Shown piece after piece: positions 25,863-35,596 of a DNA stretch of 64,000 nt. A model generated the notes under the pieces. It ran no database searches. It was given only the letters and a program-made list of their open reading frames with translations, and was not told the origin of the DNA. Made by a program: the position numbers and the translations under genes. Each line of letters starts with the position of its first letter. Positions within the stretch are counted from its first letter, which is position 1. Source of the DNA: an uncultured Oscillospiraceae bacterium (GTDB taxonomy: Bacteria; Bacillota; Clostridia; Peptostreptococcales; Anaerovoracaceae); contig CAZALQ010000001.1 of assembly GCA_964485605.1 (NCBI GenBank), positions 604-64,603 of the forward strand, read 5' to 3'.

Positions 25863-25925
25863 AATCGCAATACGCACTTCTTATGCAGTAAAAGAAAAAA
25901 CTGCACGCACGGGAAGTGTTTTTTT
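25863..25925 (+). terminator. CAATCGCA box + bulged hairpin + T7
   Basis: cacttc..tgcag-loop-ctgca..gaagtg is followed by ttttttt. It lies between the 78-aa gene and the next gene. Confidence 0.4.
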
Positions 25926-25995
25926 GTTGCCTGAATCGACTCTTTACCACCGGAAAGGAAGGCTTTCACGGCGCTTAAAGAGTAAGGAGGAAAAA

Positions 25996-27126
25996 ATGGA
26001 ATCAATAACTATCAAAACTAAAACTTCCTTTGATGAGTTCAAAGGAATGCTCGAAAACATCGAGGAAAACGATATCTGGGAAACCAGATTCGAAAAAGAC
26101 CTGAAGGTTAAGGTCGATGACGGGGATTTTAAACTCTGTACGGGAGATGAGGAATACGCGATACATAGTCTTGGCATTCCCTCTATTCTTGACAGGGCTG
26201 GTGTAAAGGGAATACTCTCTTCTTCTCTACTTAAACCAGAGACCGAAGACAAAGAGCTTCTTGCAACAGTAATCAACCTTGGCCTTGGACATTTTGGAGA
26301 CAAGTCCTGCACGGTACTGATAAGAGAAGGCTCGATCATGGCTGTCCACGGCAGCCAGTATTCCATTATGCTTCAAAGTGAAGGAATGGGTATCATTAAC
26401 GACGCCCTTCTGTCACGCTTTGAGAATGCAGAATTTGTAGAAGGTTCTTTTACCTACGAACATACTCCTGCCGTTTACAGAGTAGCAAGACCAGGTGATG
26501 ATCTTTTCTCAGAGTATGAAAAGGCCTGGAAAACAGCCGGACTATCCACAAGAGATCTTAATCAGACCTCTGCTTATGTAAAGGTGGATACTTCGGATGT
26601 CGGAGAAAGTTGTTTTTCTTTGACGCCGTATCTTGTGATTAAAAACAAATGGATGCCGCTTTCCAAGTCTCTTCAGGTAAAACACAGAGGAAAAAATGAA
26701 GCTGCAATGCTTAAAACCTGTGTTAATAACTGTTTTTCCGTTTTTTCTGAGTCATTTTCAAAGGAGATCCCAAAACTAATGACAATGACCCTCACCTACC
26801 CGCAGCAGGCCCTGGTGAGAATAATTACAAAACTTGGGATAAATCTTGCAGGGTCTCTTGGCCTTGCCGAAAACCTAATACAGAGTTTTGAACGAAAGTA
26901 TGACACATACTCAACAACAGTAAATGAGTATGGCGTCACTGTCCCGTCTGATGATAGGGATATCCTTACAGCGTTTGATGTTTACTGTTTCTTTCTTGAG
27001 ATGCAGTATTCCGCGGATTTCCTTAAACTGTCCGAAATGACTAGAGTAAGAATTATTGAAAAGCTCTACACAATTCCAGGACTTGATTGGGAAAAACTTG
27101 ATCAAGACGGATCAAGATATCTTTAG
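25996..27126 (+). CDS. Hypothetical 376-aa protein, DUF932-like (tentative)
   Basis: The ATG at 25996 follows aaggagg. Size and context fit the DUF932 proteins common in transfer leading regions. No firm motif. Confidence 0.35.
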   Translation: MESITIKTKTSFDEFKGMLENIEENDIWETRFEKDLKVKVDDGDFKLCTGDEEYAIHSLGIPSILDRAGVKGILSSSLLKPETEDKELLATVINLGLGHFGDKSCTVLIREGSIMAVHGSQYSIMLQSEGMGIINDALLSRFENAEFVEGSFTYEHTPAVYRVARPGDDLFSEYEKAWKTAGLSTRDLNQTSAYVKVDTSDVGESCFSLTPYLVIKNKWMPLSKSLQVKHRGKNEAAMLKTCVNNCFSVFSESFSKEIPKLMTMTLTYPQQALVRIITKLGINLAGSLGLAENLIQSFERKYDTYSTTVNEYGVTVPSDDRDILTAFDVYCFFLEMQYSADFLKLSEMTRVRIIEKLYTIPGLDWEKLDQDGSRYL

Positions 27127-27137
27127 GAGGAAAGAAA

Positions 27138-28301
27138 ATGACAAAAGAAAGAAAAAGGATCGGCACCTCTAGAATCCAAATCCTAGGGTCTTTTAAGGAA
27201 CTCGACGAGAAACTCGAAAAAAAGGAGATATCAAGAGAGGAATATGACAATATTTTCTCTCTTTCCCGCGTTCATGGTCTTTGCGGCGATATTCACCCCT
27301 TCGCCCTCGGCGGTTCAGACAGTGCTACTGTTCTTGGGATATCTCCCTGGAATGCGCCTTCCGATCTTCTTAAGGAAAAGATGGGGTATACCGAAAAGAA
27401 GATTACTGATAAGACTCGCTATCTTTTCTCTAGGGGGCATATCTACGAAGGTGCTATTAGGGAAGCTTTTTCTCTTATCAGCGGCCTTAAAACAGACGAA
27501 TTCCCTTATCAGGTAGTAAATGACCGCTGGCCCCACTGTGTGGCAAATATAGACGGCGTTGTCTTTGAGGGAGATCAAATGGGAATCCTTGAAATAAAGT
27601 CGACCGACTTTGGAACAGGATCATATAAGGCCTTCTTTGAGTATGAAGAGGTTCCTGAATACTATTTTTCTCAAATACAGTTCTATATGCAGGTTCTCGA
27701 AAGAGATTTTGCATATATCGTATGTGCCAAAGATTTCTCAAAGTCTGGCATGAAGTATTACAGGATCGAACGCGACGACGAATTCGGTGAAGAACTCATG
27801 TCAAAGATGGAAAACTTTGTTGACCGAGTCATAAAGCATATCCCTATTGATGACAGTATCGTTTCATCAGAAAAACTAATAAAGAGAAAACTCATCGAAT
27901 ATTGTGGGAAAGGTGACCCTAAAAAAGCTTCAATCAAGCTTGATAAATCCCTGGCTGATGTTTTTCGCTTATATGACTCACTAGATGCCGAAGTCCAAAC
28001 CCTTTCATCTGAGGTAAAAGAGAAAAACTCTGATATTGCAAAAAAAAAGAGACAAATGGAAGGACTTAAAGACAAGATAGCATATGAACTCAAAGACGCA
28101 GTTTCCGGGGAACTTATCATCGGTAACGAAGGATGGAGCATAACATCTCCGGCTGTTAAAGGTAACGATTGGGGACCCGGAGCAAAAGATTACATCAGAG
28201 AAACATACCCCGAAATTTTCGACGATGTTGCGCTTGCTTGCCCTCAAAAAAGAAAGTTATCCATTGTTAAAATCGAAAAAGGAGAAAAAAATGTGTCCTA
28301 G
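27138..28301 (+). CDS. YqaJ-type (lambda-exonuclease-fold) recombination exonuclease with C-terminal extension
   Basis: LGGSDSATVLGISPWNAPSDLLKEKMGY and ILEIKS match the YqaJ viral recombinase signature. Confidence 0.65.
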   Translation: MTKERKRIGTSRIQILGSFKELDEKLEKKEISREEYDNIFSLSRVHGLCGDIHPFALGGSDSATVLGISPWNAPSDLLKEKMGYTEKKITDKTRYLFSRGHIYEGAIREAFSLISGLKTDEFPYQVVNDRWPHCVANIDGVVFEGDQMGILEIKSTDFGTGSYKAFFEYEEVPEYYFSQIQFYMQVLERDFAYIVCAKDFSKSGMKYYRIERDDEFGEELMSKMENFVDRVIKHIPIDDSIVSSEKLIKRKLIEYCGKGDPKKASIKLDKSLADVFRLYDSLDAEVQTLSSEVKEKNSDIAKKKRQMEGLKDKIAYELKDAVSGELIIGNEGWSITSPAVKGNDWGPGAKDYIRETYPEIFDDVALACPQKRKLSIVKIEKGEKNVS

Positions 28302-30561
28302 TATAGATGCATGCTATTCCTGGACTCTATACGAAAACTCCGGTTACAAGATCATCCGCTACAAAGCGGATGATCCTGTGATCCTTCCCGACGGGAGAAA
28401 AGTGAACTATATAAACGCTGGCGGGAATGACTGCCCGGATATTAAAGGTATAACCTATCGCCTTAACGGAGATTTTAAGGAGTATCAGGACAAAAAAACA
28501 GGAAAAAATGAATACACTTTTTCGCTAAAGAGCTATGAAGAGCTTATCCCTTCTCAAAAGGAAGGAGTAATATCTTACCTTCAATCACTTGACGGCGTGG
28601 GAGAAAAAACTGCAATAGATCTCTTTGACTACTTCAGTTTCTCTGTTTTCGGGATAATTGAAAAGAATCCTGAAAGACTATCAGAAGTACGAGGTATAAG
28701 TCATACCAAGGCTATGAAGATATCAACTTCCTATTCCAAAAGAGTATCTAAAAAGGCCTTCTTTCAATATCTGTTCAATTATAATCTCTCAGAAAGTATG
28801 ATCTCTAAAATAATGAGATCTGAAACAACCGGAGATATAGATAAGATAAAAGAAGACCCATATCTTATAATAGAATGTGGAGTCCCTTTTTATACTGCAG
28901 ACAGGATCGCAAAAGACGAAAATATCCTAGAGAATGACGAAAGAAGGATTTCGGCAGCCATTCTGGAAGTTTTAAAACAGAGCGAAGAGGGAGGGTTCTT
29001 ATTTGGAAGTTCAAAATACCCTGAATTTGTTTATGACAGATTCTTAAGAAGACCTATCTACAGGTTTCTGAATTCTGAAGAAACAAATGTCACCGGGAAT
29101 ACTTATCTTCCCTACCCTATTCTTTATCTCAAAGTACTTTTGCTTCTTGACTACCCTATTAGCGAGTCATCAATAAAGAAAACCTTATCTATACTAAAAG
29201 TAAGAGGAAAAATACACTACATAAAAGGAATAGATATTGACGATACTTTCGTCTTTCTAAAAGAAACCTTTGATGCTGAATACTCCTCTGCAAGTAAGAT
29301 AAAAAGTCTTTTATCTTCAGACGTAAAGAGTGTTGATCACTTAAGCGAACGGATTGCGAAAGCTGAAGGAGATCAGGGATTAAGACTCTCTATTGAGCAG
29401 CGAAATGCTGTTATCACTTCCCTGTCCAATCCTGTGTCTATAATCACAGGAGGTCCTGGAACAGGAAAGAGTTCAATCCTAAAAATCATAGTTGATGTAT
29501 ATAAGGGAACATTTCCAAGGAACGAAATATACCTTGCATCCCCTACAGGCCAAGCTGCAAAAAGAATGCACGATGTAACCGGTCTTAGAGCTGAAACGAT
29601 ACATTCACTTCTTGGGATAAGACCTGATTGTGATTACACACCCTTCTTTACTCTTCAAGATTCTCTGGTCGTTATTGATGAGACTTCAATGATAGGAACT
29701 AAGCTTCTTTCAGATCTCCTTCTATCTATAGGAAAAGGAACCAATCTAATCTTTGTAGGTGATCCTAATCAGCTGCCATCAGTAGAAGTTGGAAACTGCT
29801 TAAAAGAGATGATTTCATCTGGAATCATTCCTGTGTCAAGACTTACTAAGACTTTTAGAACAAAAGATGGTTCACTGATTGCTGTTAACGCTGCAAGAAT
29901 AAAGAATAAAGAGATATCTTTGGATTATTCTGACGAGTTCCAATTCATAGAAACATCAAATGATTCCGAAACTGTAGATAAGATCAAAGAAATATACAAG
30001 TCTTACGTAGATGAAATTGGGATAGATAATGTGATAGTCCTCTCCCCTTTTTATAAGTCTACTTTGACTGGAGTAAAATCTCTTAATAACTTACTTAGAA
30101 GTACTATTAGAGGAGACCTTTCAAAAACGAAAAGTTATACACACCTCGGAGTTACTTACTACGAAGGAGACAGGATTATGTACATTCATAATCAAGGAAA
30201 TCTTACAAATGGTGATATAGGCTATATCAGCAAGATATCTTATATCTCAGGAAAACCAGTCGTGGTCATTAAGATTAATGGGTCTGAAGAAGAGATATCT
30301 GGTGACTATCTTAGCTACATAAGGCTTTCTTTCAGTCAGACAGTCCATAAAAGTCAGGGCCTTGAGTATAAAGTGGTCGTCATAGCACTATCTGAAGCTC
30401 ATTCTATACTTCTAAGTAATCCCCTTATTTATACGGCGATGACGAGATCTAAGTTAAGATGTATATGCATTGGAAGTCATGCGGCCCTAGATAAGGCCAT
30501 ACTTACTGACGCCACGTGCGAGCGAAGAAGTAAATTTGGAAATTTCCTGAATAATCTTTAG
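28291..30561 (+). CDS. recD2: RecD2-type SF1B DNA helicase
   Basis: N-terminal HhH (LQSLDGVGEKTAIDLF). Helicase motifs GGPGTGKS, VIDETSM, GDPNQLPSV and SQTVHKSQGLEYKVVVI. The ATG at 28291 follows aaaggag. Confidence 0.8.
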   Translation: MCPSIDACYSWTLYENSGYKIIRYKADDPVILPDGRKVNYINAGGNDCPDIKGITYRLNGDFKEYQDKKTGKNEYTFSLKSYEELIPSQKEGVISYLQSLDGVGEKTAIDLFDYFSFSVFGIIEKNPERLSEVRGISHTKAMKISTSYSKRVSKKAFFQYLFNYNLSESMISKIMRSETTGDIDKIKEDPYLIIECGVPFYTADRIAKDENILENDERRISAAILEVLKQSEEGGFLFGSSKYPEFVYDRFLRRPIYRFLNSEETNVTGNTYLPYPILYLKVLLLLDYPISESSIKKTLSILKVRGKIHYIKGIDIDDTFVFLKETFDAEYSSASKIKSLLSSDVKSVDHLSERIAKAEGDQGLRLSIEQRNAVITSLSNPVSIITGGPGTGKSSILKIIVDVYKGTFPRNEIYLASPTGQAAKRMHDVTGLRAETIHSLLGIRPDCDYTPFFTLQDSLVVIDETSMIGTKLLSDLLLSIGKGTNLIFVGDPNQLPSVEVGNCLKEMISSGIIPVSRLTKTFRTKDGSLIAVNAARIKNKEISLDYSDEFQFIETSNDSETVDKIKEIYKSYVDEIGIDNVIVLSPFYKSTLTGVKSLNNLLRSTIRGDLSKTKSYTHLGVTYYEGDRIMYIHNQGNLTNGDIGYISKISYISGKPVVVIKINGSEEEISGDYLSYIRLSFSQTVHKSQGLEYKVVVIALSEAHSILLSNPLIYTAMTRSKLRCICIGSHAALDKAILTDATCERRSKFGNFLNNL

Positions 30562-30575
30562 TGTAATCTCATCTT

Positions 30576-30605
30576 ATGAGTCCTCTATTTGAGGGCTCAT
30601 TTTTT
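30576..30605 (+). terminator. Intrinsic terminator
   Basis: atgagtcctc-tattt-gagggctcat followed by ttttt. Confidence 0.7.
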
Positions 30606-32016
30606 ATATCTCGTATGTTGTTATTTCTTCACAATCCCCCTGGATGATGGCATTCCATATCATCCTTCTGCAGAATGCAATAGGATATTTGGGTTGACTT
30701 ATGTTTGCCGCCTCTTTATAAATTTCCTTTGTTCTCTCCATAAGGGTCATTATTGTTGGATTACCGGTAATGTAGTCTTTTGATATGAACTTTGATACCC
30801 CTCTTCTTATGTCTTCGCTTGATACAACAATATTCTCGTACTCTTGGCCTTTTCTGTCTGATAGCATTGATGTAAGTGCTGATTTAAACAATTCTGGGAA
30901 AGACTTATTAAAACCTTCAAGAGATGAGTATAAATCTTCATGCCCGGCATAAGTACATAATAGATCAACAGCAAGTTTTATTAATTTTTTGTTATTAAGG
31001 TACTCCTCAGGAATCTCATTGAATGAAGATATCTCAGAAAGAATTTCATCCTTCCCTCTCTCCTCTTTTGTTATAGTTTCGTTAGAATGAGAGATAGATT
31101 GTTTATTATATATACTGTTTTTTATAATATTATTATTTTTAGCTTCCGGAATTTGCGTTTCCGATGTTTGCACTTCCGTTTTTTGCGCTTCCGAAAAATC
31201 AACGCACGGTGACTCAGTTATATTAGAGCTTTCTTTTGAATCCTCATTTTGCGCTTCCGGAATTTGCGCTTCCGGAAAATCAACGCACGGTGATTTTATA
31301 ATATCCCCTTCTTTTTTATTCGGAATAACAGGGTTTTCGTTTATTGTATATAGACAGCTGCCGAATTTCCCGCCAGAGGTTGTTTGGGTAACGGTTATAA
31401 GTCCATATGAAGTAAGGGATTTCATATAAGTTCTATATGCACTGTCTGAAATATGAAGAAAATACAAAATATCCTTTTTCTTAGGAAAAGCTGTGTTACC
31501 GGATCCTGCAAATGAGCAAAAAAATGCATATAGTGCCTTTTCTTTCAGGTCTAGTCTGCTATCAATCATCACAGCTTTTGGAATGGTGCCATACCCTCCA
31601 GCTTTTATGCCCTCGGTCAGAACTCTGTCTTTATCGGCATGTAGGTTGTCATAAGAAAGTGTTTTGTATTTTTTGGGGCAAGAAATAAGAGTGTATATAT
31701 TCTTCTGAAATCCATGGCCATTACCGCCGAGATTTCTCTTTTCAACGGAGATATATCCCTCAGTTTCTAGGACCTTAAAATATTTAAAATATGTTTCTTT
31801 GTTTATCTTCAGATCATGGACTATCTTTTCCCAGCCAGGAAAAGCAGTGTTGCCAGATCCGGCATAAGAGTAAAAGTAAGCACATATCCCTTTAGAAGCA
31901 ATTGGAAGCTTATCGTCAATCATTATAAGTTTTGGGATAATGCCAAATCCTTTAAAATTGACCCCTTCTACCCGTAATTCATCTATAAAATTGTCGAAAA
32001 TGTCCATATTATTCAT
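30604..32016 (-). CDS. Rep-like protein with two tandem winged-HTH (HTH_36-like) repeats, repetitive linker and C-terminal domain
   Basis: The segments FGIIPKLIMIDDKLPIASKGICAYFYSYAGSGNTAFPGWEKI and YGTIPKAVMIDSRLDLKEKALYAFFCSFAGSGNTAFPKKKDI are duplicated. The start is uncertain: ATG at 32016 or 32007, with the listed TTG at 32064. Confidence 0.55.
   Translation of the reverse strand: MNNMDIFDNFIDELRVEGVNFKGFGIIPKLIMIDDKLPIASKGICAYFYSYAGSGNTAFPGWEKIVHDLKINKETYFKYFKVLETEGYISVEKRNLGGNGHGFQKNIYTLISCPKKYKTLSYDNLHADKDRVLTEGIKAGGYGTIPKAVMIDSRLDLKEKALYAFFCSFAGSGNTAFPKKKDILYFLHISDSAYRTYMKSLTSYGLITVTQTTSGGKFGSCLYTINENPVIPNKKEGDIIKSPCVDFPEAQIPEAQNEDSKESSNITESPCVDFSEAQKTEVQTSETQIPEAKNNNIIKNSIYNKQSISHSNETITKEERGKDEILSEISSFNEIPEEYLNNKKLIKLAVDLLCTYAGHEDLYSSLEGFNKSFPELFKSALTSMLSDRKGQEYENIVVSSEDIRRGVSKFISKDYITGNPTIMTLMERTKEIYKEAANISQPKYPIAFCRRMIWNAIIQGDCEEITTYEI
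31142..31293. repeat. Iteron-like direct repeats / TTCCGGAA palindromes inside the Rep-like gene
   Basis: The unit TTGCG(C/T)TTCCG(G)AA occurs at least 6 times. The 25-nt repeat cttccgAAAAATCAACGCACGGTGA at 31188-31212 recurs at 31269-31293. Confidence 0.6.
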
Positions 32017-32229
32017 CGGATAGTATTGACACTTTCGCCCCGATTTTCTATAATTGAGGTACAAAAAACCAGAGCGGTGAAGAGCCGCACATAAAATAAA
32101 TTGAATAACAAAGAATTTGGGAGAAGGAACAAGTTGCAGCTTGATCCTTTTTTCTTTGTCTTTAATGCATTTTAATCATAAAATCGGATAATTGTCAATA
32201 AAAAATCAAAATGTTCCTAATACCCGCAC

Positions 32230-32258
32230 TTGAACACACCTTGTTTTGATGGTATAAT
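32230..32258 (+). promoter_or_regulatory. Sigma-A promoter TTGAAC-17-TATAAT for the partition operon
   Basis: Hexamers at 32230-32235 and 32253-32258. Confidence 0.55.
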
Positions 32259-32279
32259 TTTGACTAAGGAGAGATTTAA

Positions 32280-32852
32280 ATGAGTCAAAATATCTTAAAA
32301 AGAAGCATAGAAAGGATGCAATCAACCGTCACAGACGGGGAAAAACAAAAGGAACTTGATACATTCCAAGAAGTATTATCTGATGCTATGAGGAAAAAGT
32401 CAATTAAAACCGCAAGAGAGTTTGAAAGATACCTTTTTAAAGCCGGAATAGACTATATCAAGTTTAGAAGAATTGCGGAATATAAACAGGGAGTTGTTGT
32501 CCCTCCTTTTGAAAAAGCAAAAGTGATGCTGGATTCACTTGAGTACGATATTACAGAAGATAAGCTTATAAGAATACTGAGTAATAGTAAAAAGAGTTTA
32601 AGCAGCACAAAGGAGGAGATGGCCGGAGGACAGAGCTTTAGAAAAACTAAAAGCGTTACTCTGAATTATAAGATCATCGACAAAACAAAAGACGCAGATG
32701 CAGTTAATACGATCATTGAGGAAAGAATAGAGGAACTCTTTGGAAATAAGAGTAGTTTTTCAGCCTATATAAACCTACTGATCAAGAAGGATTATAACGA
32801 ATATATACTTAATAGAGAAAAAGTTGAGGAGGAATTAAAGTATGACGACTAA
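32280..32852 (+). CDS. Partition-operon leader protein, C-terminal RHH-like segment
   Basis: 190 aa. The C-terminus KSVTLNYKIID...SSFSAYINLLIKKDYNEY resembles CopG/ParG-type RHH. RBS aaggag. Confidence 0.45.
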   Translation: MSQNILKRSIERMQSTVTDGEKQKELDTFQEVLSDAMRKKSIKTAREFERYLFKAGIDYIKFRRIAEYKQGVVVPPFEKAKVMLDSLEYDITEDKLIRILSNSKKSLSSTKEEMAGGQSFRKTKSVTLNYKIIDKTKDADAVNTIIEERIEELFGNKSSFSAYINLLIKKDYNEYILNREKVEEELKYDD

Positions 32853-33876
32853 TATAATCGCATGTATTAATCAAAAGGGAGGTGTAGGTAAAACTACTAC
32901 CGTTGCAAATATAGGTTTTTCTCTTGCGAATATGGGGAGAAAAGTACTTCTTGTTGATTTCGATGCACAAAGCTCCCTCACCTACTATTTAAATGTTGGA
33001 GTTGGTAAAGAAGGATATGACGAGAATGCATATATTTATGGGATGCTTGATCTTTTGGTAAAGGATTTGGATGATCCCGATTATATGACTGACGAGATAG
33101 AAATGAGCACATGGGAAGAGTTGATTGACAAATGTGTTTGCACTCCTACTTATTGGGCAAGAGAAGAAAAAAAAGACGTGAGGAAACCCTTTGGTTTTGA
33201 TCTTATTCCTGCTTCTATACTTCTAACTGATTTTGAATTATATCTAATAAAAAATCATATGGATGGAAACGAAACACTTCGCTTAACCAGGGTACTTAAT
33301 AAGGTCCTTGAGTACAGGGACTACGACTACATCATAATAGATTGCAACCCAACAATATCGATACTCAGTCTAAACGCAGTAGCTGCTGCTACAGCAGGAT
33401 GCGTGATTCCCACCAATCTTGATCTCCTTAGTACAAAAGGAGTTGTTAATCTATTAGACAACATAGCCGATATTCAGACAGCACTTATGTTTATGCGGGA
33501 TGAAGACGGAAATATCATAGGTGAAAAGTGGATGGTTCACTATGGTGTTCTGGGAGTTGTTCTTAATCTATATAAGAATTCTAGAGTTATAGATACAAAA
33601 ATAGAAAACGATCTTAAGATGTATTACCCGATCAAGATATTTGAGTCCCAAATACCAGAATCAGCATATGCAAAAAGAGCGTTGTTTGGTGGGCAAATTT
33701 ACTCTCAGATCTACAAAAAAGCAAAAGATGCATATGATAAATTAGCTAAAGAAATTGAAAATCAGATTATAGAAAAGGAAGAAATATTTCAAAAATACGG
33801 AAAACAAGCTTTGGTACAACGAGTTGGTGAAGTAAATCTTGACATGGATTTAGAAGAGGAGCATGGAGATGAGTAA
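32842..33876 (+). CDS. parA: ParA/Soj-family partition ATPase
   Basis: Deviant Walker A INQKGGVGKTTT and IIIDCNP. Overlaps both neighbouring genes. Confidence 0.85.
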   Translation: MTTNIIACINQKGGVGKTTTVANIGFSLANMGRKVLLVDFDAQSSLTYYLNVGVGKEGYDENAYIYGMLDLLVKDLDDPDYMTDEIEMSTWEELIDKCVCTPTYWAREEKKDVRKPFGFDLIPASILLTDFELYLIKNHMDGNETLRLTRVLNKVLEYRDYDYIIIDCNPTISILSLNAVAAATAGCVIPTNLDLLSTKGVVNLLDNIADIQTALMFMRDEDGNIIGEKWMVHYGVLGVVLNLYKNSRVIDTKIENDLKMYYPIKIFESQIPESAYAKRALFGGQIYSQIYKKAKDAYDKLAKEIENQIIEKEEIFQKYGKQALVQRVGEVNLDMDLEEEHGDE

Positions 33877-35032
33877 AAAAGAAAATGCACATAGCGTTGT
33901 TGACGGTAGTGCTAGAAATACATCAGCTCGTTATATTAACAATGTGTTCAATCCTGGCGGAAACCAGGGCCAAACCAGTCAAAAAAAGAGCCTTTCAAGA
34001 TTTTATGATATGTCAATTGATGATATCACACCCAGGCCTATCAACAACTTCCGTCAGTATCAGATTGAAGAGTTAGCAGATACAATACATAGAGATCACG
34101 ACATTCTTCTCCACCCAATTACAATTATCAGACCATCATTCCTTTCTGAGGATAGCGATGTAATAAAAGCGTTTAAAGAAAAGAATGTTGATATTTCGAC
34201 TGTAAAATATATGATTGTAAGCGGCGAAAGAAGGTATCATGCGTGGCAGCTTTTAAGAGAAAGAGAAGCTAAGGCTATTGAGGAATCTGGAGCAAATAGG
34301 GGTAATAAGTTTGATTTTATTCCAGTCAAAGAGCTTACTTCTGATGACGCAGTAATAGAAGAACTTCTTTATGAAGATGCAAATAACTCTGCAAGAGAAT
34401 TATCGCCTCTAGAAGGGCTTCTTCACATTAAAAAGGTCATAGAAGAGGTGGTAACACCTGAAGACAAAGCCAGAGCTGTCCATGAAATGAAAGAGGCAGG
34501 TTATGACAAATATGCAGATATGGACATTCCTAAGGATATATATAAAGCAGCGAGAAAATTCAATCAAGCAAAGTTTTGTCACTATCATTTGACCAAAGAA
34601 ATGAAAGTCGAAAACTGGGGTTTTAAGAATGTTGAGTCGGATCTTAGCATTATTAATAAGTGTGTTCCAGAAGTAGTAGAAGCGATACTTAAAGAGGGAT
34701 TTGCAATACGTAATGCAAGACTTCTCACATCAATAGATGCGGATGCTCAAAGAAGGCTTCTCGCCCTTTGGAGAAGAGAGGGATTCACAGATTTTGATAA
34801 CGAAGTTAAGAAAGTTAGGTCCGCTGGAAAGGCAGAGTCGAAAAGAGAAGTAACAAAAAGTGTTGCAAAAAAGAAACTAAAAAGTCTTATTAAACAAGTA
34901 GAAAAGTATCAAAAGGAGTTTGAGAACCTTTCAGAAGAGATTTCAAAAGGAGGAAAGTCCTATACTGAGAACATCGTAGTCGTTATGAAAAGATGTAGAG
35001 AGTCATTAGAAAAAATAGAAAAAGAACAATAG
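33863..35032 (+). CDS. parB: ParB-like (ParB/Srx nuclease-fold) partition protein
   Basis: The motif IVSGERRYHAWQL is present. Located directly after parA. Confidence 0.7.
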   Translation: MEMSKKENAHSVVDGSARNTSARYINNVFNPGGNQGQTSQKKSLSRFYDMSIDDITPRPINNFRQYQIEELADTIHRDHDILLHPITIIRPSFLSEDSDVIKAFKEKNVDISTVKYMIVSGERRYHAWQLLREREAKAIEESGANRGNKFDFIPVKELTSDDAVIEELLYEDANNSARELSPLEGLLHIKKVIEEVVTPEDKARAVHEMKEAGYDKYADMDIPKDIYKAARKFNQAKFCHYHLTKEMKVENWGFKNVESDLSIINKCVPEVVEAILKEGFAIRNARLLTSIDADAQRRLLALWRREGFTDFDNEVKKVRSAGKAESKREVTKSVAKKKLKSLIKQVEKYQKEFENLSEEISKGGKSYTENIVVVMKRCRESLEKIEKEQ

Positions 35033-35041
35033 TTAAACGAG

Positions 35042-35068
35042 CCGCTCATTAATATTGAGCGGTTTTTT
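35042..35068 (+). terminator. Intrinsic terminator
   Basis: ccgctca-ttaatat-tgagcgg followed by tttttt. Confidence 0.8.
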
Positions 35069-35596
35069 AAACAAAAATTAAAAACTTAAAAAGATGGATG
35101 GAATTGAAATACCGCTAAAATAAACGACCAACCTAACGCGTCAGGTTGAAACGTAACAAACCATATAGAGACAGCTTTTAGTATTGATATATCAACAATT
35201 CAAATTGAAAAGTCTAAAAAAATTTGTACATAGTTTTGTGTTTTACCCTCTAAAAACCATTGTAATCAAAAACATAAAAAATCCTATGTTTTTGGTCTTA
35301 CAATCAGTGACAGAATGTCGAACATTTTGACATCCTATCTGATCCGTTTTCCTGTAATCTCTAGCTCGTATAATAAGGAGTGTTAGGCCGGTCAAAATCT
35401 TTCCTATAGGCGAGTGGGTCGCATGATACTTAAACCTTTTAATTCTATAAGGGGGGTAATAGTTATCTGTAGTTGAAATAAAGGGAAAACCGCCAAAATG
35501 CGAGGAGTTGTCCTTGTAAACGTAAAGTTATTCGTGAACATAGATATCTTTCGCCATTTCGCCTATTTTTCGCTCTGCGCGGCATCTAACAAACTG

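Noticed and set aside
31142-31293. Possible CRISPR array (also considered for 61747-61905)
   Set aside because: The repeats are short, contiguous or overlapping, lack unique spacers of CRISPR size, and lie inside long ORFs. No cas genes are in the window.
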